Below, piece by piece: positions 19,789 through 29,800 of a stretch of DNA of 64,000 nt. The position numbers and the translations under genes are program-made. This DNA comes from a virus (Duplodnaviria; Caudoviricetes). The notes beneath the pieces are model-generated. The model was not told the origin of the DNA and ran no database searches. It was given only the letters and a program-made list of their open reading frames with translations. The DNA lies in IMG/VR virus record IMGVR_UViG_3300044730_002040, positions 1-64,000 of that record; one strand, 5' to 3'. Each line of letters opens with the position of its first letter. The first letter of the stretch is position 1.

Positions 19789-20662
19789 AAATTCTATTAA
19801 ATTCTTCTAATATTCTGAAAAAACTTTTATTTAATGTAAAGAAAGTTTCATCCACTCCACTTGGCGCATTGTCCCTACACCACCAAATATCGAAATGTTT
19901 TCTATAAAACAACTCTTGGTGGTTGAAAAACATGAGACTCATGATGTTTTCTTCGTGGGGTAATTGTTTAATATCTTCGATAACTTTTTTTGCATAATCT
20001 TCAAATAAGTTTACAACTTCATCCCACTTACTTTTGTGTCCCCCAAAAAGACCACCAATGATGTGAATGCTCCTATCATAGTTTTTATACCATTTTGGGT
20101 CTAAGGTTCCTGACCAATAGTTTCTTTCATTCTCTTTACCAATAAGTAAAAACTTATCACCCGTATCTTCAATCATATTTTTTAAAAAATCATTATTGAA
20201 AAGATTGGATTCATAATACCTTCTTTCGAGCTGGTTGTTGGTCAAATATTTCAAAGGGATTAAACCACAATGAGAAAGACCTGCATCAATCCAATAGTAG
20301 TAATCATAACTTTTATCTTCATTCCACCACCAATGAAATTTTGAATATTGAATTTCAATACATCTGTCACCCGCTTTTATTGCACCAACATCCTTATAGG
20401 ATAAAATCAAATCTTTGAATTTTGTTTGAGTTAAATCAAAAACTTTAAATTCCAATTTACTTGGATTGATTTGGTGTGTTTCATAAAAAAAGGTTTTTAG
20501 ATTTTCCAATTCTCTGTCTGATGTGTAACACAAAAAATCGGCTTCAGTCATTTTAAGTAGAGATAATAAACTGTATCTGTAATGACTTACTCTTTGAGGT
20601 CTTCCTCCAAACTCTGTACCATTCAAATCACTGTAGATACAAGTAATAAATTTAACTGACAT
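19781..20662 (-). CDS. HtrL/YibB-like glycosyltransferase
   Basis: YWIDAGL, IIGGLFGG and HEE motifs; paralogous to the N-domain of the downstream gene. Likely start ATG 20662. Confidence 0.6.
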   Translation of the reverse strand: MSVKFITCIYSDLNGTEFGGRPQRVSHYRYSLLSLLKMTEADFLCYTSDRELENLKTFFYETHQINPSKLEFKVFDLTQTKFKDLILSYKDVGAIKAGDRCIEIQYSKFHWWWNEDKSYDYYYWIDAGLSHCGLIPLKYLTNNQLERRYYESNLFNNDFLKNMIEDTGDKFLLIGKENERNYWSGTLDPKWYKNYDRSIHIIGGLFGGHKSKWDEVVNLFEDYAKKVIEDIKQLPHEENIMSLMFFNHQELFYRKHFDIWWCRDNAPSGVDETFFTLNKSFFRILEEFNRIYE

Positions 20663-21386
20663 AATAAAAATCTTTGTGAATATTATTTTCTTTAAGTTCT
20701 TTAAGGTTGACACCATTTAAAAACTCACTAGGAATTTTGAAAGGACTGTATAAATTCCAGTTGTAAGTTTGAGTGTAAAAGTTATTATATTGTCCTTGAG
20801 AAACATCCGACCAACTACTAATTTGCGGTGCTAATGGTAGGATTGGAGAATAACTCTGTTTTCTTGGGTAGACAAATTGATAAATGAAATCATCAATCGC
20901 ATAGTAACCCAAATTTTCAGGTTTCGCAATTTCCATAACTCCATCGTAAATGGAATTATGATATAACATAAAATTAGTTGCAAATATACCTCTTTCATGT
21001 TCTTTTTTCGGAGGGAGGTTTGTTATATCCAAGAACAAAGGTTGAATTGAACTTTGTAGTACTGGTCTATTCAAAGTGGGAGCAAAATTTATTACACCGA
21101 ATTCAAAATCATCAGTCTCATTTTCAATCTTATTTATTAAACTTTTTGAATAAGGTAAAAATGTACAATCATCTTCTATGACCATTACAGACTCATAATT
21201 TCTCTCTTTTGCTAATTTCAAAATTTCAAAATGAGATAAACTACAACCTCCGTGATTGTTCAAATCAATTGCTTTGAACAATTCAAAGTCCCAACCGATA
21301 TACTCCATTTCTTTTTTGATATGTTCCAACCGGTCAGGTCTTCTTTCTAAATTTACAACAAATTTGGGTATATTTGATAGGTTCAT
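20652..21386 (-). CDS. Glycosyltransferase family 25
   Basis: VVNLERRPDRL, GCSLSH and VIEDD are GT25 hallmark motifs. Confidence 0.85.
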   Translation of the reverse strand: MNLSNIPKFVVNLERRPDRLEHIKKEMEYIGWDFELFKAIDLNNHGGCSLSHFEILKLAKERNYESVMVIEDDCTFLPYSKSLINKIENETDDFEFGVINFAPTLNRPVLQSSIQPLFLDITNLPPKKEHERGIFATNFMLYHNSIYDGVMEIAKPENLGYYAIDDFIYQFVYPRKQSYSPILPLAPQISSWSDVSQGQYNNFYTQTYNWNLYSPFKIPSEFLNGVNLKELKENNIHKDFYYVS

Positions 21387-22654
21387 TAACTTACGTGATT
21401 GTGGTTTAGTTGTCCCGTTAATCTATCACACCAACCTTTTGATTCAGAGTGAGGCCACACCACCCAATACTTTGGAAGAACGTCAGTTTGAAATTCTCTC
21501 CATATCTTACAGTATTTGTCTGGGTCATTCATCATTCTGGCAATCTCGTTTTTATCCGCATCTTTTCTAAATAATGTTTCATCGTTCGGTCCGTGGAACG
21601 CAACTACCCAAAAATCATAATCCTTTTCAGGAACACTAGAATATCCAACATCAATACAATGTTTATAAACTGATGCAAAATCTTTTTTCCAAGCCTCTTC
21701 GTTTTCATAGTTATATGGATTTGGAGGATAATTTTTATCCAAAGTATATCTTTGAACCGCTCTTTTCTCAAACAACAAACCCGAATATTTTTCGTAATCT
21801 CTTAAGGTTCTTACAGTTCCAAATCCGTACGGACCATCATGACCTTCTTGTGTTTCACCATCCATACCGAAAAGTTTTCTATTGGTCAGATGTGAATGTC
21901 TATTTTTTTCACCCCAAGTTTTATCATCATCCCATTGTTTAGTTCTACCTTTACGAGTGTACTCATGGTATACAACAGGAATGTGTGGATGGAATAAGTC
22001 GTATCCCCACGTGTAAGCTCTCGCCGCTATTGAAATCTCTTCGCCATGAAAATAATATTCAGGATTGTGTTGAACTTCTTTGGAGAACTCACCCAAAGTG
22101 AAGCAAAAGTGTGCCGAGTAAAATCTTGCAGTTACAGGTTTTGTCATTTCTCTCCAACCTGGTATTGTTTCGGGCAAAAAGAAAACAGCCCCTTCAGGGA
22201 TAAATCTATCGAATACCATTCTCCATGCATCTTTTGCTCTCCCTGCGGGGTCGTTGTCAGGGTCAAAGGAAGGTACGTAACCCGTAAGTAGAGGTTTTTT
22301 GTACCCGTCCTTTTGTAGACCCTTAATCATTTTTATTAAAGTATCATCCCAATCCTTTTCAAATCTCATATGAGAATCGATTTGCATTGTATACTTTTCA
22401 TTTTTATAAAGTTGTTGAACTAAGTGTCTTGCCCAACAAACACCCTTGGCTTCTTGGTATGGGATATTCAAAATTCTGAATCTTTTATCATCTTTCCATT
22501 CATCCAAGTTATCAAAACCATCAGTTTCAGAATATTGTCTTGCAATACCTATGACAAGGTTTTCAGGTTTTTTGGCATTTGCCAACATATCTTTAATTGT
22601 TGGAACAAGCTGTGGGTCTCTGTAAGATGCGATTTGAATAAAAATTTTGTTCAT
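21386..22654 (-). CDS. GT60-like polypeptide/hydroxyproline GlcNAc-transferase (Gnt1/OGNT type)
   Basis: IFIQIASYRDPQL, GVCWAR, QIDSHMRF..WD, FHGEE...AR.YT.GYD.F.P, H.Y and G.G.VRTL.DY match the Skp1-GlcNAc-transferase-like family. Likely start ATG 22654. Confidence 0.85.
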   Translation of the reverse strand: MNKIFIQIASYRDPQLVPTIKDMLANAKKPENLVIGIARQYSETDGFDNLDEWKDDKRFRILNIPYQEAKGVCWARHLVQQLYKNEKYTMQIDSHMRFEKDWDDTLIKMIKGLQKDGYKKPLLTGYVPSFDPDNDPAGRAKDAWRMVFDRFIPEGAVFFLPETIPGWREMTKPVTARFYSAHFCFTLGEFSKEVQHNPEYYFHGEEISIAARAYTWGYDLFHPHIPVVYHEYTRKGRTKQWDDDKTWGEKNRHSHLTNRKLFGMDGETQEGHDGPYGFGTVRTLRDYEKYSGLLFEKRAVQRYTLDKNYPPNPYNYENEEAWKKDFASVYKHCIDVGYSSVPEKDYDFWVVAFHGPNDETLFRKDADKNEIARMMNDPDKYCKIWREFQTDVLPKYWVVWPHSESKGWCDRLTGQLNHNHVS

Positions 22655-22671
22655 GAAATATATTTTGTATA

Positions 22672-22705
22672 AAAATAAAAAACCCTCCACAAAAGTAGAG
22701 GGTTT
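22672..22705 (-). terminator. Probable terminator between the mucin-like fibre genes and the glycosyltransferase operon
   Basis: Minus strand AAACCCTCTAC-TTTT-GTGGAGGGTTT followed by a T-rich tract. Confidence 0.65.
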
Positions 22706-22729
22706 AAAAGAAATTAGTTTTTGTATTAA

Positions 22730-24463
22730 TTAGTCCGTAATATCCAATTGCACTACGTCGTTAGTATATACAGGTACACCTCCACTACTTAAAGCAATAG
22801 CTATTGAACCAGTAGAAGTTCCTGAGTATATGAATATACTATTGTTGTAAACCGCGTAATTATAGGTACTTGAACCACTAACAGCAGCAACAGGATTTGT
22901 ATCAGTTGTTGGATGATTTCCACTTAAGGTTTGACCACTCAAAACAGGGAATGGAATTGATTGAAAATTAAGACTTATCGGTCCTGAATCATCACTGAAA
23001 CCATCAATCTGAACATCAGTTGTTGCATTGTTATTAAAAATTAAATTAATTGGAAGCGTTGATGTAGGTGTTGGAGTTGAAGTTTGTGTTGGAGTTTGTG
23101 TATTTGTTGGTGTTTGTGTTGGAGTTTGTGTATTTGTTGAAGTTTGTGTTGGAGTTTGTGTATTTGTTGGTGTTTGTGTTGGAGTTTGTGTTGGTAATCC
23201 TGAGCAACCATTAGGGTCACTACTTGTAATCAATCCTGAACCACCAGTCACCAAATACCAAGCGGTTCCATTTGAATAGTAACCATCAGCGACTGTGTTT
23301 GTTGGAGGATTACCAGCTGTTTGATACAAAGCTTCACCGATATTAGGACCAATGCCACCTGAAACTGAACCATAAACTGTATTTGGTGATGATGTAAAGT
23401 TATCACAAGCATCATTAGGTGTTGCACCTGAACCTAAAGTATATTCATAATATCCACGAGTTGCCGTCGGTGTTGTTGTTGGAGTAGGTGTTGGTGTTTC
23501 TGTAGTTGTTGTAGTTGGAGTAGGTGTTGGAGTTGGTATAACCGCACAACTATCCATTCCCCCCACTTGAGAACCGTAAGTATCTATTTCAGTCACTATA
23601 CTACTGTTAACATAGAATCCTGCAGTGAATCCTGTTGTACCTATATCATCTAAGTAAAACTGTGTACAATCATTGAATATAGAAAAATTTCCCCAAATTG
23701 TTCCTACAGTTCCTGAAGCACAAGCCTCATTTGCTGTTGAGCCTGAGCCAACAGGAAATGCAAATATCACAGGGGTGGGTGTCGGAGAAGAAGTTTGTGT
23801 TGGGGTATTAGTGTTTGTAGGTGTGTTTGTAGGAGTTTGAGTATTAGTAGGTGTTGGTGTTGGACCACAAGTCCCGTAAACCTCTATAGTTGCACCTGTA
23901 ATACAACCAACGGAACAACCGCTACTTACTAAGTAAATAATTCCATCTTCTGTGTAGTAACCCTCAGGATTTCCAGTATTAGGTCCGAATTGGTCTGACC
24001 AAACTAAAGTTGAATCCGCCAAACTAGTTCCGTTTACAAAAATTGTAGCAGTTCCAGGACAGTTACAAATTGAACCAAAATTAAACGCACTATGACAAAC
24101 ATTTGATAAAGTTGTTCTTAGAATATTTGTTGGTGTGGGTGTTTGGGTGGTTGTTGGTGTATTAGTTTGTGTTGGTGTGTTTGTATTAGTCGGCGTATTG
24201 GTTGGTGTTGGAGTCTTTGTTGGAGTAGCGGAGGCCGTAATACTTGGAGTTGAAGTTACAGTAAGAGATGGGAATTCACCCTCATCTACAACTACGATTC
24301 TCGGGAATGCCGATGAATAAGTATTGTTTAACAACCAAATGTTTTTTACTTCATTTGGTAATAATTCCACTTGGTATTGCCACAGTGCATCATCACATCT
24401 TTGATAATTGAATGTGACGATTGTGGTTCCTGTATTTGTTAGATTATATTTACTGCACGCCAT
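22730..24463 (-). CDS. Mucin-like Thr/Pro-rich virion fibre/decoration protein
   Basis: Four TPTxT tracts separate three Cys-flanked modules of about 75-85 aa; TATTTATA upstream. Confidence 0.7.
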   Translation of the reverse strand: MACSKYNLTNTGTTIVTFNYQRCDDALWQYQVELLPNEVKNIWLLNNTYSSAFPRIVVVDEGEFPSLTVTSTPSITASATPTKTPTPTNTPTNTNTPTQTNTPTTTQTPTPTNILRTTLSNVCHSAFNFGSICNCPGTATIFVNGTSLADSTLVWSDQFGPNTGNPEGYYTEDGIIYLVSSGCSVGCITGATIEVYGTCGPTPTPTNTQTPTNTPTNTNTPTQTSSPTPTPVIFAFPVGSGSTANEACASGTVGTIWGNFSIFNDCTQFYLDDIGTTGFTAGFYVNSSIVTEIDTYGSQVGGMDSCAVIPTPTPTPTTTTTETPTPTPTTTPTATRGYYEYTLGSGATPNDACDNFTSSPNTVYGSVSGGIGPNIGEALYQTAGNPPTNTVADGYYSNGTAWYLVTGGSGLITSSDPNGCSGLPTQTPTQTPTNTQTPTQTSTNTQTPTQTPTNTQTPTQTSTPTPTSTLPINLIFNNNATTDVQIDGFSDDSGPISLNFQSIPFPVLSGQTLSGNHPTTDTNPVAAVSGSSTYNYAVYNNSIFIYSGTSTGSIAIALSSGGVPVYTNDVVQLDITD

Positions 24464-24524
24464 TTTAAATCTTTTTTATATAAATACTTGTCCTCGAAGA
24501 AAAATTTTTCTTTTTTCAATTAAC

Positions 24525-25052
24525 TTATGGACAAATTCCAATGTTCACAACCAAACCTGTCAGTAGGTCGATTTGTATCCATGTATTACCATCGGTAATT
24601 GTCATTTGAGCTCCGATTGGAGGTATTGTACAAAGAGGATTTCCATATACATAATCACCTGCCACAAGTTCAGGGAATGGGATAAATGAATAAATTGTAA
24701 CATTTGAAGGTCCATAACCGGCCTCATCACAGGCGTTATTCCAAACAGAATCTGTCCAAAGATTATCCATATAAACCAAAGCCGGTGTCGGTGTAGGTGT
24801 TGGGTGAGGTGTAGGTGTGATTGGAGGTGTAACTGTTGGTGTAGGGGTAGGACCAGGAATTACAACAGTATAAGTGTATTTGCAACTTGGCAAATAACAA
24901 TAGAATGTTCCGTAGACATAATCGGACTCATAGGTAAAAGGAAAAACTTTTTCACCAAGTGTAATTGTTCCCCCCGAATCAGGCATGAAAACTACATTAG
25001 TGAGTTGTCCACTAAAATTGATACTTGATATAGTTACACCACAATCTGACAT
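24525..25052 (-). CDS. Small Pro/Thr-linker virion protein
   Basis: PTPTPTVTPPITPTPHPTPTPTP linker followed by one Cys-flanked module. Confidence 0.65.
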   Translation of the reverse strand: MSDCGVTISSINFSGQLTNVVFMPDSGGTITLGEKVFPFTYESDYVYGTFYCYLPSCKYTYTVVIPGPTPTPTVTPPITPTPHPTPTPTPALVYMDNLWTDSVWNNACDEAGYGPSNVTIYSFIPFPELVAGDYVYGNPLCTIPPIGAQMTITDGNTWIQIDLLTGLVVNIGICP

Positions 25053-25053
25053 T

Positions 25054-26259
25054 TTAAACTTGTGTTACTGTAACAATTATTGATGGTGTTGCAGGTTTTG
25101 CATATGGTGTTGTTTGTATTGGTTCACCTAACAACTCATATGTGGTATCCGCTGACGCCCAAACAATTTCCAAATATTCATTAGCATTCAACTGTTCCAA
25201 AATATTCCACGCAGCAACCAACTTTCCTGTCGAACCTTGTTTTGGAACTTGCATTTCAGTGTTTGAATTTGGTAAGTCAACACCATTTTTTCTAAACCAA
25301 ATTGCAATTTCGTCTGTTCCGCTTGAGGTTTTATTAAGTTGTGATGAAAATTGTAAATTGTAAATTCCAGAGTTTAATACCACAAATTTTGTTCCTCCAC
25401 TTAATACCACACCACTTGATAATGATGAAGTGTTTGCACTCATGACTTGTGGAGTGTTAGCTGCCGCTAATGGCTGTGTTTCAGTGTCATAAAACGCCCC
25501 ATAAGATTTGGTGGTTCCCGTTGCAGAAGTCCCAGATGTTCCTGATGAACCTGACGTTCCAGTTGAACCAGATGTTCCTGAAGAGCCTGAACTACCATCT
25601 GTACCTGAAGTTCCTGAAGAACCATCTGTACCACTTGTTCCTGAAGAACCATCTGTACCTGAAGAACCGCTTGTTCCTGAGCTACCATCTGTACCTGAAG
25701 TTCCTGATGAACCATCTATTCCACTTGTTCCTGAACTACCATCTATACCTGAAGTTCCACTTGAGCCATCTGTTCCACTTGTTCCTGAACTTCCATCTAT
25801 ACCTGAAGTACCTGATGAACCATCTATTCCACTTGTTCCTGAACTACCATCTATACCTGAAGTTCCACTTGAGCCATCTGTTCCACTTGTTCCTGAACTA
25901 CCATCTATACCTGAAGTTCCACTAGTTCCTGATGAACCATCTGTCCCACTAGTTCCTGAACTTCCATCTATACCTGAAGTACCTGATGAACCATCTATAC
26001 CACTAGTTCCCGAACTACCATCCGTTCCACTTGAACCAGAAGTTCCTGATGAACCGTCTATTCCACTTGTACCAGAACTACCATCTATTCCGCTAGTTCC
26101 ACTTGTTCCTGTTGAACCTGAAAATTGTTCTGTTAATGATGAGAAATATATTTTATTTGTAATACCTGATGGGTCAACATCGTAGTTTACAATCGCCATC
26201 CAAGATTCAGGTTGTCCTGACGTTGCTAATGGTAATTGGGATATCGGTAAATTTGGCAT
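25054..26259 (-). CDS. Collagen-like (Gly-X-Y, Ser/Thr-rich) fibre with C1q/BclA-like C-terminal head
   Basis: About 200 aa of GTS-GID-GSS triplets; C-terminal YGAFYD...SGIYNLQFSSQL...WFRKNG is C1q/TNF-like. Confidence 0.75.
   Translation of the reverse strand: MPNLPISQLPLATSGQPESWMAIVNYDVDPSGITNKIYFSSLTEQFSGSTGTSGTSGIDGSSGTSGIDGSSGTSGSSGTDGSSGTSGIDGSSGTSGIDGSSGTSGTDGSSGTSGTSGIDGSSGTSGTDGSSGTSGIDGSSGTSGIDGSSGTSGIDGSSGTSGTDGSSGTSGIDGSSGTSGIDGSSGTSGTDGSSGTSGSSGTDGSSGTSGTDGSSGTSGTDGSSGSSGTSGSTGTSGSSGTSGTSATGTTKSYGAFYDTETQPLAAANTPQVMSANTSSLSSGVVLSGGTKFVVLNSGIYNLQFSSQLNKTSSGTDEIAIWFRKNGVDLPNSNTEMQVPKQGSTGKLVAAWNILEQLNANEYLEIVWASADTTYELLGEPIQTTPYAKPATPSIIVTVTQV
25518..26118 (-). repeat. Degenerate 27-bp (9-aa, GTSGIDGSS/GTSGTDGSS) tandem repeat
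   Basis: Directly visible; synonymous variation between units. Confidence 0.9.
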
Positions 26260-26304
26260 TTTGTTTTATTTTATAAATATGTTTTTATAGTCCGTATTTT
26301 GATT

Positions 26305-26817
26305 TTAACTTATTTTAATATATCCGTAATCAACCGTAACGTTTGAACCTGTATTGTTTTGAATACCGAATACAAATGTATTAGTTGTTGTGCCTACAGC
26401 TGGTGAAGCGGTGGATATTGCACCCGCAGTTCCTATAATCTGTACAGGTATACTTGTAAACAATATTGGACTACCCCCACCAGTATAATTCCATGCATAC
26501 TGAACACCGATTACGGGTACATTAAGATTACTTATACTTACTGTAGCATTATAAACTATTATACCATTTGGTATATTTCCCTGAACCCATAAGTTATATG
26601 TGTTTCTGTCAGCAACTGTAAAACTGTAGTTATTAGTCCCTGGAGTCACCGTCCAACTTCCTGAGACTGGTGATACCACATTTGTTGAATATCCACTAAA
26701 TAATGTTTCTTTAGCCACCTTAAATGATTCCGTATTACCACTATTGTTCATAACAATAAACGACCCATTAGTATTTCCCGTAAATGTTGGTAATTGACTT
26801 ATTTTTGTGTTTGCCAT
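26305..26817 (-). CDS. Short fibre / receptor-binding-like protein
   Basis: N-terminal MANTKISQLP resembles MPNLPISQLP of the neighbouring fibre; beta-rich body. Confidence 0.6.
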   Translation of the reverse strand: MANTKISQLPTFTGNTNGSFIVMNNSGNTESFKVAKETLFSGYSTNVVSPVSGSWTVTPGTNNYSFTVADRNTYNLWVQGNIPNGIIVYNATVSISNLNVPVIGVQYAWNYTGGGSPILFTSIPVQIIGTAGAISTASPAVGTTTNTFVFGIQNNTGSNVTVDYGYIKIS

Positions 26818-26838
26818 TTTATTTTATATTAATTTTTT

Positions 26839-29800
26839 TTATAGTTCATATTTGGATTTATCTGCATTGAAGTTTTGTAAAACTTGTGCAGAAGTTAATG
26901 ATGTATCATACATTCTTATAATTCCAACAGTTCCTTTGAATGGAACTTGTAATCCTCCAGTTCCTGACGCAACTCTTCCTGCAATACCAACGGGACTCGT
27001 ATTACTTACTTGTCCCACACCAACTAAACTTGTAGTTCCGCCAGATACACCATCTCTATAAACTGTTAGAGTGTCACCAACGAAATCAAATACCGCAACT
27101 AGTTGTTTCCAAGTATTGACAGGGAATCCTGTCACACTAACTTGAGGGAAGTTAGTACCGTCGTAAGCCGCCACTAACATACTACTTGCACCTTCATTAA
27201 ATCTAATTGTGTAGGGGTACCTTGGTTCATTGTTTAAGTTCCATTTCTCCAACAATTCAGCCTCACCTGCGTTAGGTTGACCATTTGCAGGATTGAACCA
27301 TATCTCAACCGTATATTGTTGAGAATTTGTGAAGTTTGTTACACCATTCACACTTGGTATTCTACCATAAGATGAAGTTCCGTTAAAAGTAAATCCACTT
27401 AATATATTGTATGTTGGACTTCCTGATAGAGTGGCGTCAGTTGTTCCAACAGTTGTATCCCAAACATTTCCTGAACCAACATAACTACTTGGTAATAATT
27501 GTAGTTGTAAGTTTGTTGTAACAATATTAGGTGTTGCGGATGGTGTTTGAGTTTGAGTAACTGTTGGTGTTACTGTTGGCGTACTTGTTGTTGTAGGTGT
27601 AGGTGTTGGTTCCACAAATCTTGGAGCCAAGTAATTGTATTGTTGTGTTATTTCAGCAAGGTTTAATTGTCTGTTATAGAAATACATGTTAGCAACATGT
27701 CCCCAAGGTTGACCCGCCGTATCATTATTACCCCATCCCCAATGTGTGGTTCCACCAGCACCCGCACTGATTGTGATACCCACTTGGGAACCATTTATGT
27801 AGAATGTTTGAGATGTATTTGTTCCAACTACAGCATACTGAACCCAAACTTCAGCTGAAGATGCAACATCATATCCCGAACTTTTGAAAGAAGTATCCCA
27901 ATATCCTAATGTGTTTGATGCGTTAGGGATTGTAATTGGTGTGTATTTTGGCGAGTTTGTGTAAAGTAATGTTCTAAATCCAGCAGTACTAGGTATTAAT
28001 CTTGCCCAAGTAATATATGTGTATCCTGAGTTGGGTAACGTAGGTCCTGTTAAGTTGTAATTAACTCTATTATTTCCTGTCGTACAATCAAAACATTTTA
28101 TACCATTAAGAACTGTGTAAGTTGCACCGATTAATGTATGGTTGTATCCACCTGTGATATCAAAAACAGTTGTTCCTCCAGAATAACTCGAACTCTCATA
28201 AGCGTCAAGTTGAATAACCAATCCTGAAGTTACAATATTATTTGGTGTTGTAGATGGTGTTGGTGTTAATGTTCCTGTATTGGTATTTGTTGGCGTTTGA
28301 GTCTGGGTAGGTGTCTCTGTGTTAGTAGGTGTTACAGTATTAGTTACCGTTGGCGTTTGTGTCGGAGTTTCCGTATTTGTTGGTGTTGGTGATGGAATAA
28401 TATCAATTTGAATATTATCATCATTTTCCGCAGTTGCAACTGAGTTATCTTCAAACAGTAAGAAATCTAAATCAGGTAAAGTTGGGGTCGGAGTGTTAGT
28501 TGTTGTTGGTGTTGAAGTAATAATTGGTGTTTCAGTTGGGGTATTAGTAGGAGTATTGGTAGGAGTTTCACTTGGTGTATTTGTAGGCGTTTCAGTGTTA
28601 GTAGGGGTGTTAGTAGGAGTTGCAGTTTGAGTGGGAGATGGTGATGCAACTTGTATTAAAATACCAAATCCATCCTCTTGTAAAATCATAAAATAATCTT
28701 CCTGTAACAAGAAATTATCGTCAGGTAATGTTGGTGTTGGTGTAGGCGTTTCTGTGTTTGTCGGTGTGTTTGTTGGGGTTTGAGTTGGTTCTGCAGTCAC
28801 TGAAGGCGTAGGCGTCTCAGTGTTTGTAGGCGTTAATGTTGGTGTGGGCGTAGTTGTAGACTCAGGGGTTTGAGTTGGAGTCTGAGTTGGAGTTTCTGTT
28901 GGAGTCTGTGTTGCAGTCTCACTTGGTGTTTGAGTTATTGTTTCTGTAGGCGTAAATGTAGGAGTCTGAGTTGGAGTTTCAGAATTAGTAGGAGTCTGAG
29001 TTATAGTCTCCGTAGGAGTCTGAGTTGGAGTATCAGTAATAGTAGGTGTGTTCGTCGGGGTTGGTGTTTCAGTTGGAGTTTCAGTAGGTGTAGGGGTGCT
29101 TGTTTCAGTAGGGGTTGATGTGGAACCAACCGTTGCAGTGGTAGATGGCGTGGCGGTTTGAGTGGGTGTTTCAGTTGGAGTTTGTGTTGATGTCTCCGTG
29201 TTTGTAGGTGTTGCGGTTTGTGTTGGTGTCTCTGTATTTGTAGGAGTCTGTGTTTGGGTAGGAGTTTCAGTCTGAGTAGGTGTTTCAGTTTGAGTGGGTG
29301 TTTCAGTTGGAGTTGAAGTCTGAGTTTGTGTTGGTGTTTCTGTAGGGGTTGGTGTCTCTGTATTGGTAGGAGTCTGTGTTTGGGTAGGTGTCTCGGTCTG
29401 AGTAGGAGTTTCAGTAGGAGTTTGTGTGGCTGTTTCAGTATTCGTTGGAGTAGAGGTATTTGTTGGAGTCTGTGTTGGACACAATGAGAATGCACCAATT
29501 GTGAAACCATCAGAATCCAATTCAATAACAACATCGTTATATGAATAATAACCAGTTAAATCCACAGTATTTGGACCTGATATTGAATCAAAAAACTGAA
29601 CGTTTTCATCAAAAACTGGTTTATCACCCCATATTGTTCCCGTGTCAAGACACAAACATGCATCACTTAACGAAGTCCCTGAACAAACATTAAATTGAAA
29701 TCTCAAATTAGTTGGTGTAGGTGTTGATGTCGTAGTATTTGTTGGAGTGTTTGTTGGAGTTTCAGTGTTCGTCGGAGTTTGTGTTGGTGTCTCAGTTGGT

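Noticed and set aside
25470-26185. Plus-strand ORFs (225 aa VPEVPDEP-rich; 151 aa HLYL-rich) and other alternative-frame ORFs over the repeats
   Set aside because: These are antisense or out-of-frame shadows of the Gly-X-Y repeat; the minus-strand ORF has sensible N- and C-terminal domains and an upstream motif.
26839-28250. Diversity-generating retroelement target in the lectin-like domains
   Set aside because: No reverse transcriptase and no template/variable repeat pair differing at adenines was seen; the two LamG domains are broadly diverged.
23028-29534. Val/Gly-rich and Gln/Leu/His-rich ORFs overlapping the PT tracts
   Set aside because: Shadow ORFs caused by low-complexity Thr/Pro codons.
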